This document shows positions 32,002-42,861 of a DNA stretch of 64,000 nt, in pieces. Below the pieces are notes generated by a model. That model saw nothing but the letters and a program-made list of their open reading frames with translations, was not told the DNA's origin and made no database searches. Numbering within the stretch: position 1 is the stretch's first letter; every line of letters begins with the position of its first letter. The translations under genes and the position numbers were made by a program. Origin of the DNA: Paramoeba atlantica (taxonomy: Eukaryota; Protista; Discosea); NCBI GenBank assembly GCA_977017575.1, contig CDRNVI010000088.1, forward strand, positions 1-64,000. Direction: 5' to 3'.

Positions 32002-32753
32002 CAGTGGTTTCAGTTGATCTTGCCCCCCCCCCCTCCCTCGGAATTTTAATTTTTTTTATCCGTTTTTGCTCATCTTTGCAGCATTGGAGAGATCTCGTTC
32101 CCCTAGCGAAGAGCTTTGCCGCCTTTTTTTCATAGAGACCCCCTGGTGCCCCCTAGGTCCAAAAAACACTGTTTTTGCGGAGTTTTTCTGTGTACACAAC
32201 CATTTTTTGCCACATTTTCCCGATTTTCTGTATATTTTGCACTTGTAAGTACGAGTGATAGCGTTCTAAATTGATAATTTGAAAGCTCTATGTCTAGTAC
32301 CCTCTCTATTGCCTAGTTCAATTTAGTCAACACCTCTACATTATCAAGATCAGACCCTCATACCCCAAACAGGGGGAGTACGTCGAACAATGTAATGACA
32401 AAAGAGAAGACAACCCCACAATGTGTGCAACACAATTGATTCAATCCCAAATAGACTTCGAAGCGTGTTGCAAAACAATGGAAGCCATTCCGGATACTAG
32501 TTCTTTGCCTTCAGAGTTAACTTTTGGACATAAAATCCGTTTTTTGCTCTATTTTTCATAGGTAAAAAAATGTCATTTGTTATTATTTTGGTCAACTTTC
32601 GGGTCACCCAGGGGGCACCAGGGGATCTCTATGAAAAAAAGGCGGCAAAGCTCTTCGCTAGGGGAATGAGATCTCTCCAATGCTGCAAAGATGAGCAAAA
32701 ACGGAAAAAAAAATCAAAATTCCGATGGGGGGCAAGATCAACTGAAACCACTG
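32002..32753. mobile_element. Tc1/mariner-type MITE, 752 bp, with ~150-bp terminal inverted repeats (TIRs)
   Basis: TA|CAGTGGTTTCAGTTGATCTTGCCCC... on the left and ...GGGGCAAGATCAACTGAAACCACTG|CA on the right. The long arms 32002-32152 and ~32609-32753 are reverse complements. Confidence 0.85.
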
Positions 32754-32765
32754 CATAATTTTAGA

Positions 32766-32794
32766 CCCCCCCATATTTTCGTGCACCCCCCTGT
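32766..32794 (-). mobile_element. Isolated Tc1-family terminus (TA|CAGGGGG..CACGAAAA family)
   Basis: Matches the ends at 35844-35873 and 49209-49229. Confidence 0.6.
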
Positions 32795-33160
32795 ACATAT
32801 TATCATTGGTAACCGTACGTGACGTATCTTGCGATTTACCAGTTGCAACACATTAAATTTGCAAGTGCTCTTCTATACATAGTCCGACTTCTGCGCGTTC
32901 GTTTATCTTCAAGTGGGTTATTAAAAAAGAAATGAAGAAAGAAATAAAAAGGTAATGGAAAATATATTAGCGAAACTTATCAACAGGCAAGAATTAGCAT
33001 TTCATGGAAGATTTGTTCGTTATCCCCGCTGCACTTACAGCAATGTATCTTTTGGCATACGGTACACTTACTTATTTATCATGGAAGGCTTCTATGTACG
33101 ATAGATAAGCTGAAGATAATAGCTCCTTTACAAAAACTACATCTCTTCATTCTTCCTCCC

Positions 33161-34069
33161 TCATAACTTTCCTTCTCCCCCATTGCGCACACGTCGCGAA
33201 ATCTCTGCCGCGTGCATTCGGAAATGATTCACATATATCGCACGGTCCAGTGTCGTCATCCCCGAATTCATTACTTGATACGCCAGATTTCCCCGCAGCA
33301 TACATTTCGCCCGGACCCACGCCGAGGGACAGCCCTGCGTGTGCGGCAAAATATTCTCCATCGCGGTACGCAACACCTGAGCCTCTGAACACACCTCATC
33401 AACCAACCCCACCTCCTTCGCCTCACACGCCGTCCACAACCTCCCCTCCCGCACATGTCTCTCCGCGACACCCGGTCCCACCACATGGGCGAGATGCGCC
33501 ACCATATACCGTGGCACCGTCAACCCCAACGTCGTCTCGGGAAACCCAATACGATACGCCTCAACCGACCCCTCCCCTCCCCCCCTCCCTTCCGTTTTCC
33601 CCTTCCCTGTGCTCTCACCCTCCTCCCGATTCCTGTGTGGCTTCCTCTCCCCCCCTCGGCTCGGGCCATGGGCCATCACCCGCGCATCACAGGCCAGCGC
33701 GAGCCCGAGGCCATAGGAGGGGCAGTGCCCCGCGAGGGCCACGGCGGTGGGCTTCGGGTACAGCAGCAGCTGGGTGTAGAGCGCGCGGGTGGCATTCTGG
33801 AGAAGCACAAAGGGTAGGGTGCGGGGCTGCAGCAGCGTGCGCACGCAGGGGCCCGCGGTGAAGACGCGGGGCCAGGCGGAGGTGAGGACGACGCCGTGGA
33901 TGGCGGGGGCGGAGGCGAGCTGGGCGAGCTTGGTGGAGAGCTCCAGGGCGAGCTTGGGGGTGAGGGTGTTCTCGGCGGTGAAGCCGAGGGAGAGGATCGC
34001 AAGCTTTTGTGTTCCGGAGGACAGGGGGTGGAGGATGGTGTTGAGGTTGTTGTGGAGGACGGTGTGCAT
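33161..34069 (-). CDS. Crotonase-fold protein, enoyl-CoA delta isomerase-like
   Basis: VFTAG.C, YPKPTAVALAGHCPSYGLGLALACDARVM, IGFPETTLGL, A.EVGLVDEV. Confidence 0.85.
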   Translation of the reverse strand: MHTVLHNNLNTILHPLSSGTQKLAILSLGFTAENTLTPKLALELSTKLAQLASAPAIHGVVLTSAWPRVFTAGPCVRTLLQPRTLPFVLLQNATRALYTQLLLYPKPTAVALAGHCPSYGLGLALACDARVMAHGPSRGGERKPHRNREEGESTGKGKTEGRGGGEGSVEAYRIGFPETTLGLTVPRYMVAHLAHVVGPGVAERHVREGRLWTACEAKEVGLVDEVCSEAQVLRTAMENILPHTQGCPSAWVRAKCMLRGNLAYQVMNSGMTTLDRAIYVNHFRMHAAEISRRVRNGGEGKL

Positions 34070-34486
34070 GGGGGAGTGGGGGGGTAGGGTGGGTGGAGCG
34101 GGGAAGGAAGAGTGTAGAGGGATGGAGTTAAAGGTTCTGTGGATTAAGAATGAGTTTCAAAGAAGATGATTTGGTATTACTGTGACAGATAACTAGGGGG
34201 GGTGGTCGACGAAAAAATATTCGAAATGACAAAAAGTGACAGGTAACTAGGGGGGATGATGTGTGACAGCTAACTAGGGGGGGGTACAGTATTTGATACT
34301 GTCATAGAAGGACATAAATAGGTAGCGGAGGTCCAAATACTGGACGAAAGACGTATAGCTTCTTTAGCCCCAGTACATGTATAAAATGTATAGAACAGTG
34401 AGAAGGTCGCATATTCATGCCAACCTAAACTGCATCTGTTGAATGTGCAAGCGGAGTTCGAGAAGAGCCTATGACACAAACACCGC

Positions 34487-35254
34487 TCATGGGCTTTCCA
34501 CTGTGCACGAACACATGTCATCCTCGAACATGGAACTCCAGTGATTATTCTCTTCCAGTGCCATAAGATTGAGGTTAAGAAGAGCCTTGTTAGTCTTACC
34601 GCACCGTGGGCACTGTGTATTCTCGTGCGTTATTTTCTCACGAAGGGCAGTCTCCATTTCAGAACGTTTCCGTAAAACATCCTCCGGCAGCAATAGTTCT
34701 TCTACGGGGCACTGTACGATGTGACGTATCATGCGCTGCGTGTGATTTTCCGACCCTGCAAGCGAGGCCTTGCCAGTGAGAGGAGTGTGCATACGATCGG
34801 ACAAAAGAGAAGATTTTAGCAAGTGTGCTACCGCTTTTGCGTTGTTTTGTAACGCACGTAGACGAGAGAGATACAGAGGGGAGAATGAAGAGGAAGATGG
34901 AAAAGGTGGGTAGAGCTGGAACATCTGCTCCTCAATGTTGTCCACAAATTCTTCGACCCCGGTGCCAACTATTTTTTTCAAGGACTTTCGCACAGCTTGG
35001 CGCATGGAAAAGGTTGGTCCGTCTTGTTTCAACCGCTTTATGTTTTTGTCATCGAAAGAAGGTTTCCTCGACCGCTTAGTCGTGCGAGTAACTTCCTCTG
35101 TTGGTGTAGGAGCCCCATTTGGTTGCGCATTCGCAGTATAAGGGGCACTAAATCTTGTGTCTGGCTTAGAATTCCTTGTCGTGCTTGATTTATTCTCCAG
35201 CTCAGAAAGTGAACTTAATATATCCAGAGTAGTGTCACCGCTTGAGGAATCCAT
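34487..35254 (-). CDS. TFIIS-like protein (central domain plus divergent Zn ribbon)
   Basis: IEEQMF...Y.SRLRALQNN, VEELL..E..RKR, CPRCGK...C.C. The canonical RSADE motif is absent. Confidence 0.55.
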   Translation of the reverse strand: MDSSSGDTTLDILSSLSELENKSSTTRNSKPDTRFSAPYTANAQPNGAPTPTEEVTRTTKRSRKPSFDDKNIKRLKQDGPTFSMRQAVRKSLKKIVGTGVEEFVDNIEEQMFQLYPPFPSSSSFSPLYLSRLRALQNNAKAVAHLLKSSLLSDRMHTPLTGKASLAGSENHTQRMIRHIVQCPVEELLLPEDVLRKRSEMETALREKITHENTQCPRCGKTNKALLNLNLMALEENNHWSSMFEDDMCSCTVESP

Positions 35255-35843
35255 TGGCCCACGTACTTTATGTCATAAATAAAGTATTGTATATTTTATA
35301 AGAATATACTTTGAAAAATATCGACAGACAAACAGCCTACCAAATTCTCATTATTATTATTATTATTATTTATAATAACTTTTTCTTCTTGCAAGACTAC
35401 CACAGTAGTTGTTCAATCAGCCCATCGCTGGAACCTGTAAACTGACATCCTAGGCAAACACAATCAGGTACCAACTAACGGCTCCGGCACTTACTTCGAC
35501 GGTTGCTTCTGAGACAAGTTGCGAGCTATTTGCGACTATTTGATGATTCTGTGGGCTTTGCGTACCGAGATTCGCATGTCTCCAGATTTAGTGGCTGCGA
35601 AAACATAGATTCGGTGCAGTTTAGTCACTTACCATACCTTGGCGGGTACAGCGGGTACGGACCCACTAGGCGGGTACATGGGGGTACGTACCCGGAGTAC
35701 GTACCACATGTACCCGCTTTTAATTTCAATAGGGACCTACCCCCCTGAATACGGGAAACGCAATAGCAGGTGACACGTATCTCTGCGAGAGCTCTCGAAT
35801 GCGGTGCTCTTTTCTAAAATTGGACAAGTTATAAAAAATTTAA

Positions 35844-35873
35844 CCCCCCCATATTTTCGTGCCACCCCCTGTA
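35844..35873 (-). mobile_element. Isolated Tc1-family terminus
   Basis: CCCCCCCATATTTTCGTGCCACCCCCTG|TA. Upstream 35785-35845 also resembles 50953-51012. Confidence 0.6.
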
Positions 35874-35894
35874 GAATAACGTAGGTGTATGTCG

Positions 35895-37136
35895 CTACCA
35901 CCCTTGCTGTACCATCTCCCGAGAACGCACCGGGCACATGTGTATTGTGTGGCCCGGCTCACGACAATAATAGCAGACTATACCCCGAGGGAGTTGTGTA
36001 CCCGCTGTCTCACTGGATCGAGAAGGTGGCTCATTCCCTTGTGGATACCACGCAGTGTCTGAGACCGAACCGGCTTGTACTACGGGTTCTTCGCGAGGGA
36101 ATCTCGTACATGAAACAGTTTCCTGTTCCATGTTGTTTTCAACGTTAAAGTGCTTGGGTACCCTCCCAAGTTTGGTTGAGCGAATCCGCAAGGGATTTCC
36201 CGTGCGAAGATTGCACAACTCCAATGCAGGATTTACGTACCCCACCAAAATAGGTTTACCCATAATTCGTTTCTCATGGAGCCCATCGGCCGCGCCGAAA
36301 GCCTCCGCTGCAGTTTTCATTTGAACCACAGCACAACCATAGTGCATACCACTGCGGTCATTTGTACTCATCCGAAGCTCTTCCACTGTACCATACTCCC
36401 GAAAGTACTCTGTCAGCTGTTCGTCAGTGATATACGGTGAAATGTTATCCACTACAAGATCGGGAACGAATCCGTCTGTATGAAGTAATGGGTGGTCGGG
36501 ATCGAACACAAGTGATGGAACTTCTGTCGTACCTTTACCTTCCATAGAATGTTCATCCAGATGATCGGATAAAAGCAGATGGGCTTCTTTTAAGTCTGTG
36601 GCGGAAAAGTCATTACCACAAAAGGCCATAAACTGTATGTAGGGATGTGGTTGTCTGTCACTCACAGCCGCTGTTACTTGCTCGCTGGAATCGAGTTCAA
36701 TGTAGTAATCATTTCCCGCGATGTGCTCGGCTGAGATAAATCCGTATCTTTGGAAGCAGTATAGCAAGTCCTCCGTAGTCATTGCAGACGCGTTTGTAGC
36801 TATACCGCGTGGTCTGACTCGTGCAAACAAACGGGTCGAATCATTCGGGCTTACAGAGAAACCTTTCGTCCCCTCCAATGCCTTTTCGCTTACTGAATCC
36901 GTGTTTCCAACGATCGTTACCCAATCTTTGACAAGATCAAAACACTCATAGGGTAGAACACGGCACAGGATACGAAGCGTTGCTTTCAACTTGGGAGGTA
37001 GCAAGGTAAAGAAAAATGGGTCATAACGAGGAGTGCGAAGTAAACTCCAGAAGTGGGGCAAAGATCCCGTGGCACGTGAAAATGTAAACCAGTTCAGAAG
37101 CGCCTCCGTGTCAATGTCTTCCCTCAACGAGTTCAT
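35895..37136 (-). CDS. RNA-binding protein with RRM(s) and a C-terminal CCHC zinc knuckle
   Basis: LVVDNISPYITDEQLTEYFREYGTVEEL...GCAVVQM...; CYYCREPGHTIHMC. Confidence 0.8.
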   Translation of the reverse strand: MNSLREDIDTEALLNWFTFSRATGSLPHFWSLLRTPRYDPFFFTLLPPKLKATLRILCRVLPYECFDLVKDWVTIVGNTDSVSEKALEGTKGFSVSPNDSTRLFARVRPRGIATNASAMTTEDLLYCFQRYGFISAEHIAGNDYYIELDSSEQVTAAVSDRQPHPYIQFMAFCGNDFSATDLKEAHLLLSDHLDEHSMEGKGTTEVPSLVFDPDHPLLHTDGFVPDLVVDNISPYITDEQLTEYFREYGTVEELRMSTNDRSGMHYGCAVVQMKTAAEAFGAADGLHEKRIMGKPILVGYVNPALELCNLRTGNPLRIRSTKLGRVPKHFNVENNMEQETVSCTRFPREEPVVQAGSVSDTAWYPQGNEPPSRSSETAGTQLPRGIVCYYCREPGHTIHMCPVRSREMVQQGW

Positions 37137-37468
37137 TTTTGGATCAATAGCATTGATAAAAGAATTGGTTTTCTAAATCCAACATTATGTTATACAGAGC
37201 CTTCGTAAAAGTATTTCATTTGAAACGTACTATCACAAAAAAAGGTCGACTATCGGATAAAACATTCGTTGCTTTCCATTTTCGTGCTGGTTATCTTCTT
37301 GAAAGCCGAGATAATCCATATTTATACAATTTTTAGACGCACGTAATGTATGTACTAAATTTTGTAAAGCATTAGTAGTTCGTCACATTCAGCTAATCCA
37401 TAAACGTAACAATGTATCCCCCCCGTTCGTTGACAAGTTCTACGCAAGGTCCATAGACTCATGAACCG

Positions 37469-38812
37469 CTACATCTCTTCCTCGCCCATCATCTCATCCA
37501 TCCCTCCTCCCATCCCCTCACCCATTCCCATCTGCTCCATCATCATCTGCTGAAACATACGCTGTTGCTGCATACTCTGCATCCGTTGCTTCTGCTCCTT
37601 TTGGTCCGCCTCTCGACGACGTGCAATCATCGACCCATACACCTCCCTTAACTTCTGCACCGTCCCTCCCCACACCGCATCCCGATCCAGTACCTGCACC
37701 AACCCCTCCGCCCGGTCCCTACACCCCCGATCCGTCCCGGAACACCACAACGTGTACAACCCATCAATCCCATCCTGCAACACAAACTCCCGCAGAAACC
37801 CCTCCCGGTCCTCCCTCCCGGTCTCCTGCACCATCACCCCCACCACCTGCAGCGCGATCCCCGCGACACTCCCCCCCCGACGCACCTCCAGCAGCTCCAC
37901 CAGCGCGTGGACACTCTCCGGCCCCCGTAGCACAGCCACGCAATCCGGCAGCGCGTGGGTCGCCATACGGTGTAACACCAGCAGGGCGCGTTCCACGACG
38001 TTACCCGAGTTACTGCTACTGCCACTGCTGCCACTGCTGCCACTACTGCCACTGTGGGCCAACAAGGGAATAAAGTACCCCGCCCCGGGCTTGTCGTCCA
38101 CGGCGGTTGCGAGGGTACGGCAGCCGTGGGGGAGCGCACACAGGTTGGCACAGACCCCGACCATGGCGGCCAGGAAGGGCTCGGGGGCAGTGGGGTCCAG
38201 CGTGCGTAGCATGGAGTTGACCACAGAGGAGAGGGAGAGGAGTGCGAGGGCCGCGGAGGGGGCGGGGGGAGACTCAGGGGACTCAGAGGACTCAGAAGGG
38301 ACAGCGGTGCACTGGAAAAGGGTGTGGGCGATCTCGGTCATGGGGGCGAGGGAAGCGTGGGCGTGGGCGTTTTGCAGGAGGGAGACGAGATGACGGATGC
38401 CGTGGGCGTGGGCGAAGGCGGCGCTGCACGGGGGGTCGTCGTGGCAGCATTGGCGGATGAGACGGAGGGCTTTGAGGAGACAGGCCTCGGTGATGCTGTT
38501 GTGGTGGGCGAGGAGGTGGGTGACTAAGTGGTGGAAGTTGTGTTCGAGTTCCAGTTTGGATCCGGCTTTTTTGTTTTGTAAATCGTCTTCTAGGAGGGAG
38601 AGGAGGTCGTCCACGACACTCTCGACGGCTGCGAAGTCCTTTGCTCGGCTGGCTTTCTTCAGTCGTTGCAGGGCGCTAGAGGTAGGCTGACGAGACGCTT
38701 TGCGTTGTTGCCACAAACTACGCAAGAGCTGGAGTGCGCATACGATTACGGTGCCATGGAGCGCATTTTTCCATGTGCTGTCGTGAATGGGAGACTGTGG
38801 AACGGCTTGCAT
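37469..38812 (-). CDS. Armadillo-type helical repeat protein
   Basis: 447-aa ORF with ARM-like helices and an M/Q-rich C-terminus. No family assigned. Confidence 0.55.
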   Translation of the reverse strand: MQAVPQSPIHDSTWKNALHGTVIVCALQLLRSLWQQRKASRQPTSSALQRLKKASRAKDFAAVESVVDDLLSLLEDDLQNKKAGSKLELEHNFHHLVTHLLAHHNSITEACLLKALRLIRQCCHDDPPCSAAFAHAHGIRHLVSLLQNAHAHASLAPMTEIAHTLFQCTAVPSESSESPESPPAPSAALALLSLSSVVNSMLRTLDPTAPEPFLAAMVGVCANLCALPHGCRTLATAVDDKPGAGYFIPLLAHSGSSGSSGSSGSSSNSGNVVERALLVLHRMATHALPDCVAVLRGPESVHALVELLEVRRGGSVAGIALQVVGVMVQETGREDREGFLREFVLQDGIDGLYTLWCSGTDRGCRDRAEGLVQVLDRDAVWGGTVQKLREVYGSMIARRREADQKEQKQRMQSMQQQRMFQQMMMEQMGMGEGMGGGMDEMMGEEEM

Positions 38813-38987
38813 TTGAATGTAGGATAAGTAACTGCAATATTTCTAAAGAAAATGAATACATTATGTTCAAAAAATTCTTTTGTACAACTCCACTGTAGTC
38901 ACTCCAGTGTAGTGTACATATCATTGTACAGGGACATCTACAACTCAACACAACATCTACAACTCAACACAACCTCCCCATATTAGG

Positions 38988-39740
38988 TTACCGCATTTGT
39001 GGATTCGGATCCCACCTCCCTGTTCTGGCCCGCTCAGAGGTCCAAGCGTAGTAATGTGGGTTGTGGTCACTCCAAGGCACAGGGCGCGGGTCTTTATCCA
39101 TATGGGGGTGGATGTGGTCCGTGTACAACCAAGCTTTCTCCATATGACCCTGCATCAAGTGTTCCTTGCGATTCCAACCACGCTCAACAATCTCACGACG
39201 CAAGAAGTGCCACACCACCATACAGGGGTCCTTATCGTACATGTCAGCGCAGCGCACGGAGTACCGACCACTGGGATACTTTGTCTCCCACCGAATCGGC
39301 ACACGGATCCACTCCTCTCCTACCATCACGGCATCCTTGCAGTTGATCACCACTACGTGGTCTCCCATGATTTTTCCTTGCTCAAAATCGACCCGGTGAT
39401 GACCCTGGACGTAGTGTGAGACGGTCTTTGCGAGAAACGGCATTTGCATTCCTGTCGCATCCAGCAACCACCACCTCTCGCAGTCACGGTGTACATAAGG
39501 TTTTGAGATTTCGTTGTACAAAATTTTACCGAACGGGTGGTGCTTATGGCGCTTTAGGAAATGCGGGAAACCACCTCGGTTCATGTAAACATCGAGGCAG
39601 AGAGGACTCTTTTGCAACATCGGAGGGATATCTGTAACAGAAAGAAATGAAATACAGCAAAAACAAGAACTTACCTTTGCAACCATACCATGTTTAATCA
39701 AGAGTGACAGCATACGTGTACTTGCGAAAACAGTACACAC
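38988..39740 (-). CDS. Mitochondrial ribosomal protein uL13m
   Basis: RWWLLDATG...LAKTVSHYVQGHHR..F....MGDHVVVINCKDAVMVG. The start is probably an internal Met. Confidence 0.8.
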   Translation of the reverse strand: MCTVFASTRMLSLLIKHGMVAKVSSCFCCISFLSVTDIPPMLQKSPLCLDVYMNRGGFPHFLKRHKHHPFGKILYNEISKPYVHRDCERWWLLDATGMQMPFLAKTVSHYVQGHHRVDFEQGKIMGDHVVVINCKDAVMVGEEWIRVPIRWETKYPSGRYSVRCADMYDKDPCMVVWHFLRREIVERGWNRKEHLMQGHMEKAWLYTDHIHPHMDKDPRPVPWSDHNPHYYAWTSERARTGRWDPNPQMR

Positions 39741-39836
39741 TTTCAGGAAGCGCTGTACAATAACACTCTACCAAAACGGTACGATCCAAAAAACTACACA
39801 AAAGGATCATTTTTTCTCATCCACATCCCCACCCCC

Positions 39837-42197
39837 TTAACTCAGTCCACTTACCATATGCAGCACGTCGTAGTTCTCCCCATGCGTCCACACCCGCAGC
39901 AGGGTATACATATCAATCGTCTCTCGCAACATGGCCTCCGAGACCCCTTGCCTGCGTAACCCATCTCGGCACTCTTGGACCTGCACCACGGACCCGGCGG
40001 GGAGGGCCCCGAAGAAGTCTCGAATCATGTTGTACACGTCGCTCTTCTGCAGTGCCCCACGGTGGGTGACCTCGGGCTGCTCCACGAGGCTCACCCGACT
40101 GAGCTCCAGCAGCCGCGCGGCCTCCTTAATGTCCGCATCCTCAATCGCGGGGCTGTACCGCAGACGAGCGAGAGCCCGGGAGAGACGGAGAATACCCAGC
40201 AGGTTACGTGTGGTCACCGCGAACCCGTGGTTGCCCTCTCGTCGCATCAGCAAGTACAGATCCGTAATCAACTGGACACTCGAGGGGGAAAATCGAGGTT
40301 GGACGGACTTGATATCGGCCAGGTACGCGAGCAGCGTGGGACGGTCGTAGCAACGATCGGTGCCTAGCGTGGGCTCGTCCAGAGTGGACACGCCGGCGGC
40401 GTTGGGGTCGTGTCGGTCTTGCGTCACCGCAGCCTCGGGGTGGGTGTGCACCAGCGCGACATGGGTGGCCAGATTCTTGTCGTCCTCCTCGTTGTAACGA
40501 TCCCGGATAACCCAGACGATGTCAAACCGGGAGAACAGTGCGGTGGGGAGGTTAATGTTCTCCATGGGGGTGCGGGAGCTGTTCCACCGCCCGTACTGTG
40601 GGTTACTGGCGGCGAGCACTGCAGTGCGGCAGTTCATTGTGGTGATAATCCCCGCCTTTGCGAGACTAATGGTTTGCTGCTCCATCACCTCGTGCAGCGC
40701 GGTGCGATCGCTTTCGTTCATCTTATCGAACTCGTCAATACAACACACTCCTTTGTCGGCGAAAATCAGCGTACCGGGCTCGAGCATGTTTTCCCCGGTG
40801 ATGGGGTCGCTGACCACGGCGGCGGTGAGCCCTACCCCAGAGCTTCCCATTCCGGAGGTGAACACGCCCCGGGTGGCGACGCCCGAGACCCACTTTAGGA
40901 TTTGCGACTTCGCCACCCCAGGGTCTCCCGTAAGCAAGGCATTAATATCCCCACGAATAATCATCCCGTCCTTCGTGTGCACCGAGTCCCCGCCCGCGAG
41001 CAGACACAACACCACCTTCTTCACCTCCGAGAGCCCAAAAATCTCCGGCGCAATACTATTCACCGCCTTCCGCATCCTCGTCGCATCCTCCTCCCCCCGC
41101 ACCCCTTGCAACGCCGCCGTAACCTCCCCCGACGGCAGCCCCTCCGCGTAATCCCTCCTCATCGGCGTACACCTCAACGCCTGCACCACCAGCGTCACCT
41201 GGCAATCCCCCCTGAACCGCCTCGACACACTGTACGACAAATCCGGCACCAGCGCCCCCAGCACCACCACCGTCCCCCCCGGCGACGCCACCCCACAGCA
41301 CAGCTCCCCCTCACACACCACCTTCACCGTCCGCGGCAGTGTCCCCCGCGGCACGTCCCCCCGCAGCTCCTGCAGCCGCAGCTCCTGGTAGCTCGTCATC
41401 CGGGACGCCTGGTACTGCGGTCGCAGCATCCCGCCCCCCCCGGGCCCGGACCCGCGGCAGCGCCCACTCCCGCACTTGGTGGGCATCGTGAACGTGTCCC
41501 CGGGGACCTCCACGAAGGTCACCGCGGAGCACAGCTCGCACAGTGCCGTGAGCACGCGCAGCACGGGGCGCACCGGGGAGGCGCTGGTGACGGTGCCGCG
41601 GAGCTGGAGGAGGGCGCCGGTGAGCGTGGCCTTCATGTGGCGCAGGGGGGTGAAGGGGGAGTGGTGAAGGGGGGGAGTTGAAGGGGGAAGGGGGGTGAGC
41701 TCGAGACGGAAGCGACGGGTAAGAGCCCTGGGGAGCTGGTCGCCGAACTCAAGGGAGAGGTGGTCGAGGAGGTCGGCGGGGGGAGGGGGGGGAGTGGAAG
41801 GAGTCGTGGAGGAAGAAGAGGGGAGAAGTGAGTCCACGACCTCCGTGACGTCCTCGAGTGCGGAGAGGATGTTGGTGGTCATGTGGTGGGCGAGGGTGTG
41901 GCATTCGGGGCTGTGCGCGGCGAGGGTGGGGAGGGAGAAGGGGAGGGTGGAGCGTTGACGGGAGGCGATGGCGTGGAGGAGGGGGGGGTAGTACGGGGGG
42001 GAGCTGGTGTCGGGGGGTGGGAGGTCGAGGGGGGGTGGCCCACGGGTGGTGAGGAAGAAGTCACGGAGGAGTTCCTTGTTGGCGGCGGTGTTGGGGCCGA
42101 GGGAGGAGTGGTGGTCGTCGGTGGGGCGGGGGGGTGGGCGACCGGGGGGTGGGTCGCGACGCTCGAAACGTCGAGGCGGCGCAGTAGATGAGGACAT
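39837..42197 (-). CDS. MCM7: DNA replication licensing factor MCM7
   Basis: RGDINALLTGDPGVAKSQILK, GSSGVGLTAAV, GVCCIDEFDKM, HEVMEQQTISLAKAGI, LFSRFD. The N-terminal P.ALTRRF fits MCM7. Confidence 0.88.
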   Translation of the reverse strand: MSSSTAPPRRFERRDPPPGRPPPRPTDDHHSSLGPNTAANKELLRDFFLTTRGPPPLDLPPPDTSSPPYYPPLLHAIASRQRSTLPFSLPTLAAHSPECHTLAHHMTTNILSALEDVTEVVDSLLPSSSSTTPSTPPPPPADLLDHLSLEFGDQLPRALTRRFRLELTPLPPSTPPLHHSPFTPLRHMKATLTGALLQLRGTVTSASPVRPVLRVLTALCELCSAVTFVEVPGDTFTMPTKCGSGRCRGSGPGGGGMLRPQYQASRMTSYQELRLQELRGDVPRGTLPRTVKVVCEGELCCGVASPGGTVVVLGALVPDLSYSVSRRFRGDCQVTLVVQALRCTPMRRDYAEGLPSGEVTAALQGVRGEEDATRMRKAVNSIAPEIFGLSEVKKVVLCLLAGGDSVHTKDGMIIRGDINALLTGDPGVAKSQILKWVSGVATRGVFTSGMGSSGVGLTAAVVSDPITGENMLEPGTLIFADKGVCCIDEFDKMNESDRTALHEVMEQQTISLAKAGIITTMNCRTAVLAASNPQYGRWNSSRTPMENINLPTALFSRFDIVWVIRDRYNEEDDKNLATHVALVHTHPEAAVTQDRHDPNAAGVSTLDEPTLGTDRCYDRPTLLAYLADIKSVQPRFSPSSVQLITDLYLLMRREGNHGFAVTTRNLLGILRLSRALARLRYSPAIEDADIKEAARLLELSRVSLVEQPEVTHRGALQKSDVYNMIRDFFGALPAGSVVQVQECRDGLRRQGVSEAMLRETIDMYTLLRVWTHGENYDVLHMVSGLS

Positions 42198-42861
42198 GGT
42201 GTAGGCGTGTGTAGGTGAAGTTGAGTCGTTTCAGATATTTTTTTCAAAAACGGCAATGCCGCCGAGATAGTGTCATTTAGTTGAAACTAAAATTCATGTT
42301 CCTATGAAGAAAGATGTATGAATGAGATGCAGGTTATGTACGATGACCATTTCCCAAAATAGAAATCCCGCTTCATTGAAAATCTGAGGCCAATTTTACG
42401 GCACATTACCTAAAAATAATGTGTACTGAGGATATTTAGTAATGAGGATTGCAACATGCTTATTCAATAATCCCATAAGGTGTCCTTATCGGCCATAAGG
42501 ACCACCAGGATGCGACAAAAATCGCAAACTTGTAAGCAAAAGTTTCGTATATTTGCAATCCTGTTGTTATCGCAACTACTTTGGTTTCAAAATGTTTTTT
42601 TTCCCATTTTGGTTTCAAAATATCTACAGGAGCCTAACTTTTTAATGCAAGAAACAAGATTGTAAGAGCCAAATAACGCTATTTTTCCAAATATTCACAG
42701 AATAATGTTTTGCATGCCGAAATTTTTATAGCTACAAATTCTAAATTACTATCCCGTCATTGAACTCGCATGTCGCACTTGCTACAAGTACACACATCAG
42801 TTTCTCTGCACGAAAGCGCATTTACTTTTTTTCGCATCTACTATGATAAAACGAAGCAGCA

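Noticed and set aside
35669-35718. GTAC-rich palindromic hairpin
   Set aside because: Short, single-copy in the window, and with no assignable function.
33250-42256. Long antisense and alternate-frame ORFs over GC-rich genes (also 55322-56407)
   Set aside because: Stop-poor shadow frames of G/C-rich coding sequence giving low-complexity P/G/R translations.
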